A stretch of DNA of 64,000 bases from Diplonema japonicum (taxonomy: Eukaryota; Protista; Euglenozoa: Diplonemea). The DNA lies in contig OZ025725.1 of assembly GCA_964019335.1 (NCBI GenBank), forward strand, positions 62,001-126,000, written 5' to 3'. Numbering within the stretch: position 1 is the first letter of the stretch; every line of letters starts with the position of its first letter. The position numbers and the translations under genes were made by a program. Shown piece after piece: positions 48,139-59,008 of this stretch. Below the pieces are notes generated by a model that was not told the origin of the DNA, ran no database searches, and was given only the letters and a program-made list of their open reading frames with translations.

Positions 48139-48819
48139 ATGAAAAAGCTCAGGCTGCTCTGCCTCCCGGGATGGAGGACCAACGCAAATATCTTGGAGAT
48201 CCAGCTGGCGGGGTTCCTCCCTCAGACAGAGTTTGAGATCCAGTACGACACCATTGACGGGACCTTCCCAGCAACGGGGCCTCCCGACGAGAGTATCCGC
48301 ACGTTCTTCCCAAACGAGAAGTATTTTGAATGGTGGGACAGAAACAAGGACTACACCTACGTGGGCGTAGAAGAAACCATCGACAGAATTGCTGAAATTA
48401 TGGAAAAAGCCGATCCCCCTTACGACGGTGTGCTGGGGTTCAGTCAAGGCGGTGGTCTCACATCACTCCTCTCGGCCTACTGTTCGTTACCTGGTGAGGA
48501 TGCCAGGTTCTACAAAAAGTTCAAATTTGCGATTCTTATTGCCGGTTTCCCCCCTCGGGACCCTGCCTTAAGACCGCTTTATTCAGACGGTGGGTTCCCC
48601 CTGCCTTCCATACATATTTGGGGTTCTGCAGATGGCCTCAGCACCGCCTCAGCATCGCTCGCGCGTAAATTCGATCAAAAGTCCATCCAGCTACACATCC
48701 ATGAAGGCAATCACGTAGTGCCGAAGTTGCAAAAGGGTACAGAGGCCTATCAGAACATCCATGCGTTCTTGAAGCATTATGCCATGGGCTCTGATAACTC
48801 GTGGACTAACGATTTGTAA
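48139..48819 (+). CDS. serine hydrolase, FSH1/OVCA2 family
   Basis: LLCLPGWRTN, PYDGVLGFSQGG nucleophile elbow, PSIHIWGSAD, HEGNHVVP. Confidence 0.9.
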   Translation: MKKLRLLCLPGWRTNANILEIQLAGFLPQTEFEIQYDTIDGTFPATGPPDESIRTFFPNEKYFEWWDRNKDYTYVGVEETIDRIAEIMEKADPPYDGVLGFSQGGGLTSLLSAYCSLPGEDARFYKKFKFAILIAGFPPRDPALRPLYSDGGFPLPSIHIWGSADGLSTASASLARKFDQKSIQLHIHEGNHVVPKLQKGTEAYQNIHAFLKHYAMGSDNSWTNDL

Positions 48820-49025
48820 GAAAAAAAAAAAAAAAAGAAAAAAAAAAAATGGGGGAGAAAAAAGATGAAATAAGGACACCTCTTTATTTTTATTGAGAAA
48901 GCCTCCCAACAGGGACTGAGCGTGAGGAGGCCCGGTGAGTGCAACAAACGCTTATCTTAAAAAGAATAGTTTATTTTTTATTCTAAAAAAAAATTGTATC
49001 CACCCCCCCCCCAAAAAAAAATTAA

Positions 49026-50566
49026 CCCATAAAGGACCGCTATTTTTCGTCTAAAAAGTCGATTTTGAACTTTTCGTTCAGCAGCGCTTATTCAGCGTGC
49101 AGGGTGGTTATTTTTTTTTCACCACTTATGGCCGTTCTTTGAACACAAGGTCCGAGGTGCCGCAGATATGCGACTTGTCCAATTTAAACGTATTTCTATT
49201 TTCAAGTGGTTTTCAAGAGGTTTTCAGGTGGTTTTTTAAGGTGTCGTTAATGTGAAAAAATTCGAAACAGGGCACAGGGCACAGGGCACAGGGCACATTG
49301 CTACGTTGCAATCTCTGCACGAGAACATGGCCTGGGTGCGTTTTTTCTCTAATTTGTTGCACACAGTGCAATTCCGTGCCTTTTGCATCTTTTCAGGACA
49401 CATTGAAGGTGCACCCTTGGTACGTGAAGGTGCATCCTGAGGGGTAGGTATCTTCGAACACTTGATGTGGGTGCTACCCTTTTGCGATGATGTTGTTTGA
49501 CAAGATTTCTTTGCCACACACTTGCTGACACTGAATGGGTATTCTGGGAGCAATTTCCGGGTTTTCCTGATGGTCCCCATGCAGTGGAAATCCGCATTGT
49601 AAATCCGTATCAACAATGGGACAAGCGAAAGCAGTTGTCAAAGACAATCCAGTAATTCTGGTGCTGATATTCGGTGAGCAGCTCTGCCTCTTCCCCCTGG
49701 GTGCCCGCGCACAAACAATCATGTTTAGAGTGTAACCGGTGTCTGATTTACATTTTGAACCCATAACGCTTCCTCTTCTTCGGCTCACAAACAATGAACC
49801 CGACACGGCTTCTACAGCGTATGATGGTTCCAAGAAGGAACCACAAGATTTATAGGATTGCGCCCGTTAGCCATTCTGTCTCCTTCTCCTCCACCAGGGG
49901 GCAACCCAAACCGCATTTGGCGCATTATTTTTAGGAGCCTGTTTCTTTCCATTACCGTTCTGAAATATTGTGAATATGGGGTATCTGTGAGTTCATCCTG
50001 TGCCCAGTAGACCTTGATATCTGTCTTGATTATGAGCCCTGTAAGTATCCAAAGGCCTCTATACCACTCGAATGGCTTGCTGCCCACCCCACGATAGCCT
50101 TTTAGTGCCGCAGGAGTGAAAAACAACTCAAAGTACAGGACAAACCCCCTGCTGGAGGGCCGCCCTATCAAAAACAAAGGAAAAACCTCCAGCCCGTTGA
50201 GACCCACTACTGGTACACTTGGACCTGGCACCTTGCGAAATATTTTCCTCTCCACGATTCCTCGATTTTGTCATCCCATTCCATATCCGGGATATCCCCA
50301 TCATCCGGTGACACTGACGCTTCTTCAGAAGTACTTTCGGCACTACTCCTTATGGGGTGTAAACAAAACAATGTCTGTGCCACTATTTTTTTTCTCCCCT
50401 TGCAGTTTGGATGCAAAAATTTACGGGCGATATAGCGTTCAGCATAAAAAAAAGTCGCGCAATAAGGCCCCTCTTTAAAGAGTGGGCATGCAGAGCACTA
50501 AAAATGCCTTAGCAGAATTTAAAAAAAAAATTTTTAGCTGAATATTCAGCTCCGGTCCTTTATGGG
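49026..50566 (-). mobile_element. decayed piggyBac-family DNA transposon
   Basis: TTAA target duplications at 49022-49025 and 50567-50570; 14-bp TIR CCCATAAAGGACCG. Minus-strand transposase fragments YW...TP.F..VMERNR, SDTGYTLN, CMGTIRK and C-terminal CTVC...C.DC...C..PC. Confidence 0.9.
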
Positions 50567-50637
50567 TTAAAATTAAAAGAGGGGGAGAGGGAGAAGGAAT
50601 ACAACAACAAATTTACAAAAAAAAAAGGAAAAAAAAA

Positions 50638-50772
50638 ATGCGTTTCGAAAGATTGTTACCGTACCTTCAAATCGCCGCCGTGGCATTGTTCGTGTTCTTT
50701 CTGTTCTGGTTGTTCCTGAAGAGGCAGAGCATCATCCTGAAAAACAAGAGGAAAGAGAAGAAGACCGAGTAA
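50638..50772 (+). CDS. 44-aa single-pass membrane microprotein (not in the ORF track)
   Basis: MRFERLLPYLQIAAVALFVFFLFWLFLKRQSIILKNKRKEKKTE*; ATG follows a poly(A) leader like neighbouring genes. Confidence 0.55.
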   Translation: MRFERLLPYLQIAAVALFVFFLFWLFLKRQSIILKNKRKEKKTE

Positions 50773-50840
50773 ATATTTCTATTCCCCCCCCCCCCCCTTT
50801 CCCGTTCACATATCCTTAAAGAACAAAAAAGAAAAAGAAA

Positions 50841-51904
50841 ATGGAAATCCCAACTATCCTAATCCTAACTCTGGCGGTCTTCCTAATTTGCGCAGTACTC
50901 CTCAAGCGTTCTAGCAAGCGTAACACACCGTTCAACACAAATCCCGATGAAGCTGTTGTTGTTAAAAAATCTGCGAAAAAAGAGCAGAAAATCGTGAAGC
51001 GGCAAAACATCAAGGGAAGGCCAATCGGAAACCTGGTAGGCCAGGCCCCGGACAAAATCGGCGAAGACAAAAAATACAAAAAACTGCTGAAACGGAAAGA
51101 ACAAGAGGAGGACCGTGCAAAACGGAGGAGGGAAAGAGGCGACACTGCCGGCCACTTAGTAGACACAGTATGGGCACAGCTGCGCGACAGAATCTTCAAG
51201 GGAAAAGAAAACGACCTGGAAGCAGAAAAAAAACTCAAGAAATTCTACAACACCGTGATTAAAGCAGAGGTAAGCGAAGAATGTGTGTCTGGAATAGAAA
51301 TCCCGTACACCCTAGACAAGTTCGCTTCACGAGCGGACGAAGCGTGTTGCCTAATGCTCCACATTCACAAATCTCTCGCACCAACACATTTCAAACCAAA
51401 CATGAAGGTAGCATCCATCGGTGGTGGCCCTGGTAATGATGCTGTAGGCTACCTTCTCTTCAACCATCTGACTGACAAGGCTTCCACAGACGTCACTGTC
51501 TATGATTTCGCCCCCGGATGGTCGCCCGTTGTTGAAAGTGTTCGCGGTGCCATCCACAGCACACCTTCTGTCAAATCCATCCTTGGGGACGGGGAGCTCC
51601 AGTTTGAACTGTGCGACCTCCGATGTCCTGGGTCCGAGACTGTCAACCAACACCTTCTGTCGTCCTTCGCTTCGGTTCAAGTCGCTTTGTTCTGTTACTG
51701 CCTGCACGAGTCTCGCGCAATGGAATGTGAGCTCTTCACCGATTTGCTGCAATCCGCGTCGCCAGGCACTATCTTTGCCGTCATCGAGGTTTTCGACAAA
51801 ACAATTTCAGAAGCTGTCTTGGCTGCAGAGACACATGGATGGAAGCCCACCCGCGTCGCGAAATCGGCCGCAACACCGTTCAACGCAGCGTACATGGTCA
51901 AGGA

Positions 51905-51908
<4 letters not shown>
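50841..51908 (+). CDS. membrane-anchored class I SAM-dependent methyltransferase
   Basis: N-terminal hydrophobic anchor; motif I VASIGGGPGND; VTVYD; FELCDL; FCYCLHE. Confidence 0.75.
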
Positions 51909-51965
<57 letters not shown>

Positions 51966-52096
51966 GGAGGGGGAGAAACAAAAAAAAAAAAAAAAACCAT
52001 CAAAAAAAAAAAGTTATTGTTATTACCCGCCCACACCTGACTTTTAATAAAGAGAGGGGAAGAAAGAAAGAAAGAAAAAAAAAAGAGAGAAAAAAA

Positions 52097-53934
52097 ATGC
52101 CTCTCGAAACCGATTCGACAATGCCGGCACCACGCATCCCGTGCGTCAAAGAAGAAGGGACAGTTGCTATGAAATCTGAAGGGACGTGCCCTACGACATC
52201 TGAACAAACAGCGGCAGCGAGCCCCACCGAGGAGGAAAGCGTACCGTCTGAGTTCAACACCGAATACAGCTACGAGGAAACGGACAAGCTGGGCGAAGGC
52301 TCCTACGCCACAGTGTTCAAATGCAACCAGCGATCGACAGGGAAAACCTTCGCAGTAAAAGTCGTTGACAAATCAAAAGCAGGCACTGCAGAACTGCACG
52401 GCGTGCTCCACGAGGTAATGATCATGAAAGGCCTCACCCACGTCAACATTATATCAATGCACGGCCATTTCGAAGCAAGCCACCACATCTACCTGATTCT
52501 TGACTACGTGGAAGGCAGCACGCTTTTCGACAGGATCATAAAATCCTCCCATTTCAGCGAAGAGATCGCCGCCGGTATCTTCAAAAATCTCATAGATGGC
52601 ATCGAGTACCTTCACTCCCACAACATTATACACCGTGATTTAAAACCGGAAAATCTGCTCATGAAGAGAAAAGCCGTTGCAGTAGGCTCTCCTGGTTACC
52701 TGGACTCCATGACAGAGGTTGTAATCGCTGATTTTGGAATGGCTACAAAATCTCCCGGAAAAGCGTGTTGTGGGTCCCCTGCGTACGTGGCTCCAGAGGT
52801 TTTGACTGGGAAGGAGTACGGGAACGAATGCGATTTGTGGTCACTAGGGATTGTTTTATATGTTATGTTAGCGGGTGCTTTCCCATTCAAAGGGCCTACC
52901 GCACTTGAAACCTTTAAGGCTATCAAAGCACAGCCTCTTCACCTGCATCCAAAGATGGTGTGGGACAGGCTTTCGTCTGATGTTATGTCCTTCACCTCCG
53001 CCTTGTTAATGAAAGACCCGTCGCTCCGTATGACTACTACCGAGGCGTTGCGGCACCCGTGGGTCACGGGGATGTCCTTGAAATCCCCCGCACCCCGCAC
53101 GCTCCACATGGAAAAATCCGTTACCGCTTTGAAACGGTTTAAGCTTAAGGAAAAGGTAACCACCGCTATGACGGTCATCAAGGCAACCAGGCTCATCCCC
53201 CGGTCCACCCCGGATATTTCCGAAGGATCCCCTCTTGGTGCACCTGACACTGATAGAACCCCAATATGGAAACGATACTTACAACCAGGTCCCGAGTTGT
53301 CGTTGTGCTTCCCTGTGTTGAGCCAGACTCATAGGTAAATTCTGTTTTTTTTTTTTTTTTTTTTTTTTTAAATCCCCCAGGGATAAAGTCAACGCTGTGG
53401 ATTTGCGGTTGTTACTGGATGCTGATGCGGCGTTTAGATTGCAGGTAGCAACAACATTTAAAAAAAAAAAGAGAAAAAAAATTAAAAATATAGGATCTTT
53501 GCAACTGTCCGAGTGAGAAGGTGTGTCGGCACGTGCAGTACGTGTATCACCACTTGTTTGTCGGCGATAGGGCGCTAGATATACCGCCGCACGTTACTGT
53601 TGTTGAGAGGAAGAGGTTGGATGTGGCAGAGGGGTGCGGTGAAAAAAAACCTTCTTGCACCGTTCTGGGAACGGCCGCTGCGGCGCTCACCTCAAGCGTG
53701 TTCGCTTCTGCATCTGGCAAGTACGGTGTTGCCGTTGCATCCTCTCTACTTGCATGCGCTGCCACCTACTGTTCTTACAGCACATTCTCAGCAGCGCTGT
53801 TTTCAGCCATGTGTGAGTTCAGTGATTTAAGGTCGATCGACGACTTTCTCTTTGCTGTCGGGGATTTCAAGCGCCGTTTTGAGGCCGTCCCGGAGTCGGA
53901 TAAGAAGAGTATATTGTGGTTGAGGCCTGCGTGA
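52097..53934 (+). CDS. CAMK-group Ser/Thr kinase with C-terminal SWIM-type zinc finger; introns 53335-53380 and 53445-53493
   Basis: LGEGSYATV, AVK, HRDLKPEN, DFG, APE, DLWSLG. Splicing yields DLCNCPSEKVCRHVQYV (CxC-xn-CxH). Confidence 0.85.
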
Positions 53935-54648
53935 GTAGTACTGGGACTAGTACTTGTCGCTGCGGTAAAAAAAAGTTTTTTAATAATTTCTTTTTGCTTG
54001 CCAACATCATCCACCCAAAAAAAAAAGAAAGATTTTTTTTTTTTATTTTATTTGTGCGCACGGGAGTTTATTTTTAACCTGATAAAAATTTACTCGTCAC
54101 GCAGCCAACACGGTCAAAAAAAAAAAAAGAAAAAAAGAAAAAAGGCCTGGTATGTGGGGTGTCCGTGGAAAACAAAGTACTTTTTTTTAAGGACTTTAAA
54201 AGGTCAACCCCTCCCCCCGCTGATTCGAATGCCTTCTTCCCCCCCCCCCCCCCCCCCTTTCGGTTGCTTCTTCTGATTTTCTTTTATTTTGCCCTTTTTT
54301 GTTGTTATTTTCTTATTGCCCCTGAAGGAGGGGACAATCCCCTCCCCCCTCACCGTACAAATACAAGTCACAACTGTTGCTTTTTTTTTTTTTTTTTTTT
54401 TTTCTCATTTATTCCTTTTTTTTTTCTTCCAGGCGTCCTGCCACATACCGCAGGTACCCTTAAATGCCTCTTTCTTTTTTTTCTTTTTTTTTTTTTTTAT
54501 TCTCTTCAAAGTTAATTTCCCCACCCTCTCTCATTTTTTTTTGTTTTCCATTTTTTTTCTCCTACCTCAAAAAAAAAAAAAAAGAAAAAGAAAAAGGGAG
54601 AGAAGGAATTTTAAAAAAAAAAAATATATATATATATATATATTCATA

Positions 54649-57300
54649 ATGGAAGGGTATGAGAAAGAGCTCGAATGTGCGATATGCAGAAATGTAATGG
54701 CGGACCCAAGGCTGTTAGCCTGCCAACACGTATTCTGCATGAGATGTATCTACGGGAGCTGTGAAAAAGGCGAGGGTGTGAAAGACATCGTGGTGAGCTG
54801 CCCTTACAATTGCGGGATGGAGGAGGTTCAGGACGTTCGCGGGCTGCCCAAGTGCTCGGTTATTTCAAATTTGTGCCATAATATAAGATCGGAGAGGTTC
54901 AAAGAGAAGATTGAACAACTGTGCGACGCCTGCGGGGAAGAAGAGGGAGAGAACACACAAGACTTCACACAATGCAGCAAATGCTCTTCTGTTCTGTGCA
55001 AGCCTTGCACGGACACCGACCCTGTCCACACCTACCTGTGCGGAAGCGAACAAAAATTCTTCCCGTTCTACTTCGGTTGGGGAATGGCAGAGAAAGAACT
55101 TCGAAAAGTATTCGGTCTATCACGAATGGTGACACCCACTGTCACATGTGTTGAAAGATTATTCGTCCCAACCTACTCCTTCAGGGTACAGTCTCAAGTC
55201 AAAGTATGCAATTCAGCAACGCAAGTAGTCCGTGTGGTGAATTCCATCGTTGGTGATCCTTCCATCCCTGAAAATTTCCGCGCTAAGATAGAGCGCGACA
55301 GCCACTCTCCTGACACATTCCCGCAGCTCGAGCTTTTGTACAAATTGCAGGAATCGAAAACAAGGCAAATATCATTGTTGACCTCCGTCAAAAATCTTCT
55401 CTGCAACTCACCTCTAACCCCCATCCTCGAACGCAACAGCGAGACCATCACCGACATGAGAACATGGGATTTCGGCTTGTCGAACGACTGCACGGTTCTC
55501 ATTGAGATGCAGTTGATTCTGATTAAACAGTTGTGCAACCCTCTTGCTAGGAAGATACATGTCGTGAGCACACTGGAAGGCCTACGGCAGTTGAAGGGCG
55601 TCAAACGAGACACGCAAAGCCGGTCCGATCTGGCGAAACAGCTCAAAATGGTGAACAAAACCGAGAGTTTTCTCGCGAAGCAGTCCAAGCAAGAGTGCGA
55701 CCTCTTCAGCACCATCGACACCACCGTGCAAGGCTTGGTGAAAAAACAACACTCCGCGTATCAAAACTGGGTTGACACACTGACACCAATATCGCTCCAC
55801 CCCATGAACGCAGCACTTAAGGGCGGTGTTGATTTACAACAAGGAAGCCCAGCTGTTCTAGGAAGGTTCACGTCCAGTGGATGTGCCACATTCACTGTTG
55901 ACGTGCCTGCAAGTGGGGAATATGGTGTTGATTTGTTGTATTCTTGCACGACGTCCGGGTTGCTTGAGATAACATGCTGCGGGGAGGTTTACCCTGTTGA
56001 ATACCTTCCCACTCTTTCTTGGAAATCTTTTAGGACAGCGCGCCCTGTTCGAAATATTTGTTTGCCTAAAGGGAAGGTCGAGCTGGCCATCACTGTCCCC
56101 CCACGCGGCACCCCACCTCCCGACGTTGCAAAACTCACACTTCAGTATTCCCCTCCGCGGTCTGAACCGGCTGTCTCGGAAGACCCTCCCGGGTGCACAA
56201 ACACCCATGAGGAGCTTATCACCATCCTCGGGTTTTGTCACAAATTACAACTTGAAATTCTCGAGGATCTGGACGGGACATACGGCAAGGCAGCGGCCGC
56301 CTACTGGGGAGGGAGGAAGGAGGACCACATTCGCAGAGAGGACATCATCAACAAAGAGCGACGGGACCTGCTTAACATGCTCCGGAATGTGCAGCAGGTA
56401 ATGTTATAAGAAAAAAATGGAGGGGGAGATGAAATAAAAAAAAAAACTCACGCGGAAAAAAAAAAAAAAAAAAAAAAAAAGGTGCGGATATTCCACCGGC
56501 AGTATTTTTATTGCGTGCTTGCCGGGCTTACCACCCCGAAGACGACCAGTGTTGTCCATCCATTTCCCGTGGTATATGAACGAAGCTCAAAAAGAAGAAG
56601 AAAAAAATACCGAACAGACCGTCCCGCGACCTTCCAAAAAGACAACAGCGGAATCGCTGCCAAACCTGCTGCAAGTATTGCAGCCAAGAATACAGGAACT
56701 AAGGGAGGAACAGCAAAGCAGCATGTCTCGGGTATGCATCCCTCCCATTGTCATCTTAACACGGAAAAATAGCTATTTATTGCCAACAAATAATGAGTCA
56801 TTATTTAACTCGAGTTCCCGAATTTTTTGCACGAGGGCCCGCAGGGCCCGAGTGCAAAAAAACGGTAACGAGTGTTAAATAATGGCTCATTTGGCGGCAA
56901 GTAAGTCGTTTTATTTCACTTTTCGTCATTTGAGTCACTCACTCTTCACTGCTTTCACTGCTGTTTTTTTTCACGCAGGTCAGCTTTTTGGGGATTTTCC
57001 TAAGGTAATACAGGGTAGCTATTTCGCCGTGGCATTTAAAGGGGAAGTAAGGCACTTATTCCCACTTTTAAGGGCTGGAATGGCCTCAGATGGCCAAAAA
57101 TAGTCAAAATACCCCCACCCCAAAAAGATTTTTCAAGGGGTTGGGCGCATTTTTTTCCACGACAAGACCCATTTTTTCACTCTGAAAGGCATAATCTCAT
57201 TATTTAACTAGTTAAATAATGGCGATTTCGCGTTAAATAATGGCCGTTTCGCGTTAAATAATGAGGCCCCTAGTGAGTGAAGAAAATGACGAAGAGTGAA

Positions 57301-57338
<38 letters not shown>

Positions 57339-58585
57339 ATCAGGACCCCCCATTGCACGTTCAGGAACAGTTTCAAAGCGTGCTGTTGCAAACCTTCGAC
57401 CTCCTGCACAGGGAGCAGATCCTGCAGCTTCGGGAAGGGATACAAGAGGCGAGGGAACAGCTCATGCTGTATATCCAGCCGGGTTGCGTGGCGGCCTTGC
57501 TCGAACACCTGACGCCTTTGCCAGAGGGCGTCGATGCTTACAAAACCAAAGGCGACATCCACGATTTGCAGACGATACAAGTCCTGTGGAACAAGGCCTT
57601 CGAGAAGCTCAAGGGAGAGGAAGAACGAGAAGAAACCGACAAATTCGAGAAGCTATTCGGATCCCCCAAAACACCTGACGACGTTCAGCTAGGCGACCGA
57701 ATGACCCGAAAGATTGTAGAAGGGCTCATGGACTACACAAGCACGGTAATCCAACAAAGACGGAAACTGGAAGTTTGTATATCAGAACTGAGCACTGAAA
57801 GAGTGGAAGTTTCCGGGGTGGAGGTGTTGCTGAAGAAACGCGACGCGGTCGGTGTAGCTGCAGACAGGCTGGAGGTCCACCTGAAAATCGTGGAACAACT
57901 TCGAAAACTGTTGAAAATGGCGCAGACAACGTCAAGCACAGCACAGAGGTTCCAACTCCTGTCGCAAGTCGTTGTTGCCTTGAAAAAATTACAGACCTCT
58001 GCGTCGAAAACAAACGAGGTAATGTGTGCCATTCAGTCATCGCTGGCGGTCGATGAAACTCTTAAGTTCGAAGACGCCTCAGAAGAACCGTTAATATCTT
58101 GGTTTGTCAAGCAAGATGCGATAAACCACATTGGGCTTCTCGAAAGATGCTTCACTTCGTCCCCCCTTTATGGTGATGTGGAACGTCGCGAAGTTGAGAT
58201 CAGCCAAGAGGACAAGCGAGAGTGCAGGTCGCGTGCTTTCCAAGCCGCTCAGTCTGGCTGGGTTGTGAAGGAGCTTCTCTGCTGCCTCTCTCTTCAAACC
58301 GACTACTCCATTTCAGAACCCATCGAGGTCTCGTTTAAACAAAACACACCCTCGTCCTGCCTCTCATTTGTCACCCACCACCCGTACTATAAAGGTGAAT
58401 ATACTATTCCAACTCACGGATCGCCTCTGCCCTTTCTGATCAACGGGCAGACAGGGTCGATTTACATGACGTACCCACCGCTTGCTGTGGATTCGGTTCT
58501 GCTATCGGTCCCGAGGATCTTGAGGAGCCCTCTTGCGTGGCTTCTGTTGAACGGGGCTGTAATTTGGTGGCGGTGTAAAAAGTGA
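54649..58585 (+). CDS. RING-finger/B-box-like protein with CBM6/35-like beta-sandwich, coiled coils and C-terminal TM; introns 56398-56481, 56572-56617, 56732-57343
   Basis: C3HC4 RING CAIC...CQHVFCMRC...CPYNC; CDAC...CSKC...C; FTVDVPASGEYGVDLLYS. Three GT..AG introns join ORFs 54289, 56482, 56519 and 57353 in phase 0. Confidence 0.7.
56768..57306 (-). mobile_element. non-autonomous copy B of the hairpin/YR element, inside an intron
   Basis: AATAGCTATTTAT terminus; hairpin centred on GCAC-GA-GGGCCC-GCA-GGGCCC-GA-GTGC (56829-56855); IRs 56909-56943 / 57272-57306; 21-bp tandem repeats at 57211-57263. Confidence 0.75.
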
Positions 58586-59008
58586 GTTCCCCCCCCCCCT
58601 TATTTCTTCTTTTTTTCTCTCAAAGATAAGCTACTACTACCACCACCATCGCCCCTCCACTATCCTTTTTTTTTTTTAAATTTTTCGTTTTTAAAGGATT
58701 AGGGGTTACCCCCCCCACCCCGTCTCTTCATAGATTTAAAAAAGAATATGGGGGGGAAGAAAAAAAAAAAGAGATGCTTAGCCGAAGGGATAAATATGGC
58801 AGGTCCCTTTAGAAGGAGTTATTTTCATTAGATGGAGCAAAAAAAAAGAAGAAGAGGAAGAAACACAGACGGAAAAGAAAAATAATAATAATAATAAAAC
58901 TTGTTTATTCCCACCACCCTTTTTTTTTTCTTTCTCCCCCCCCCCCATTACCGTCTACCCCCCCCCCCTTTTTTCTTTTAACTCTACAACAGAGTGATTT
59001 AAAAAGAA

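Noticed and set aside
56776-56904. Element hairpins as rho-independent terminators or miRNA precursors
   Set aside because: Eukaryotic context and fixed linkage to the terminal motif, IRs and YR remnants favour a mobile-element end structure.
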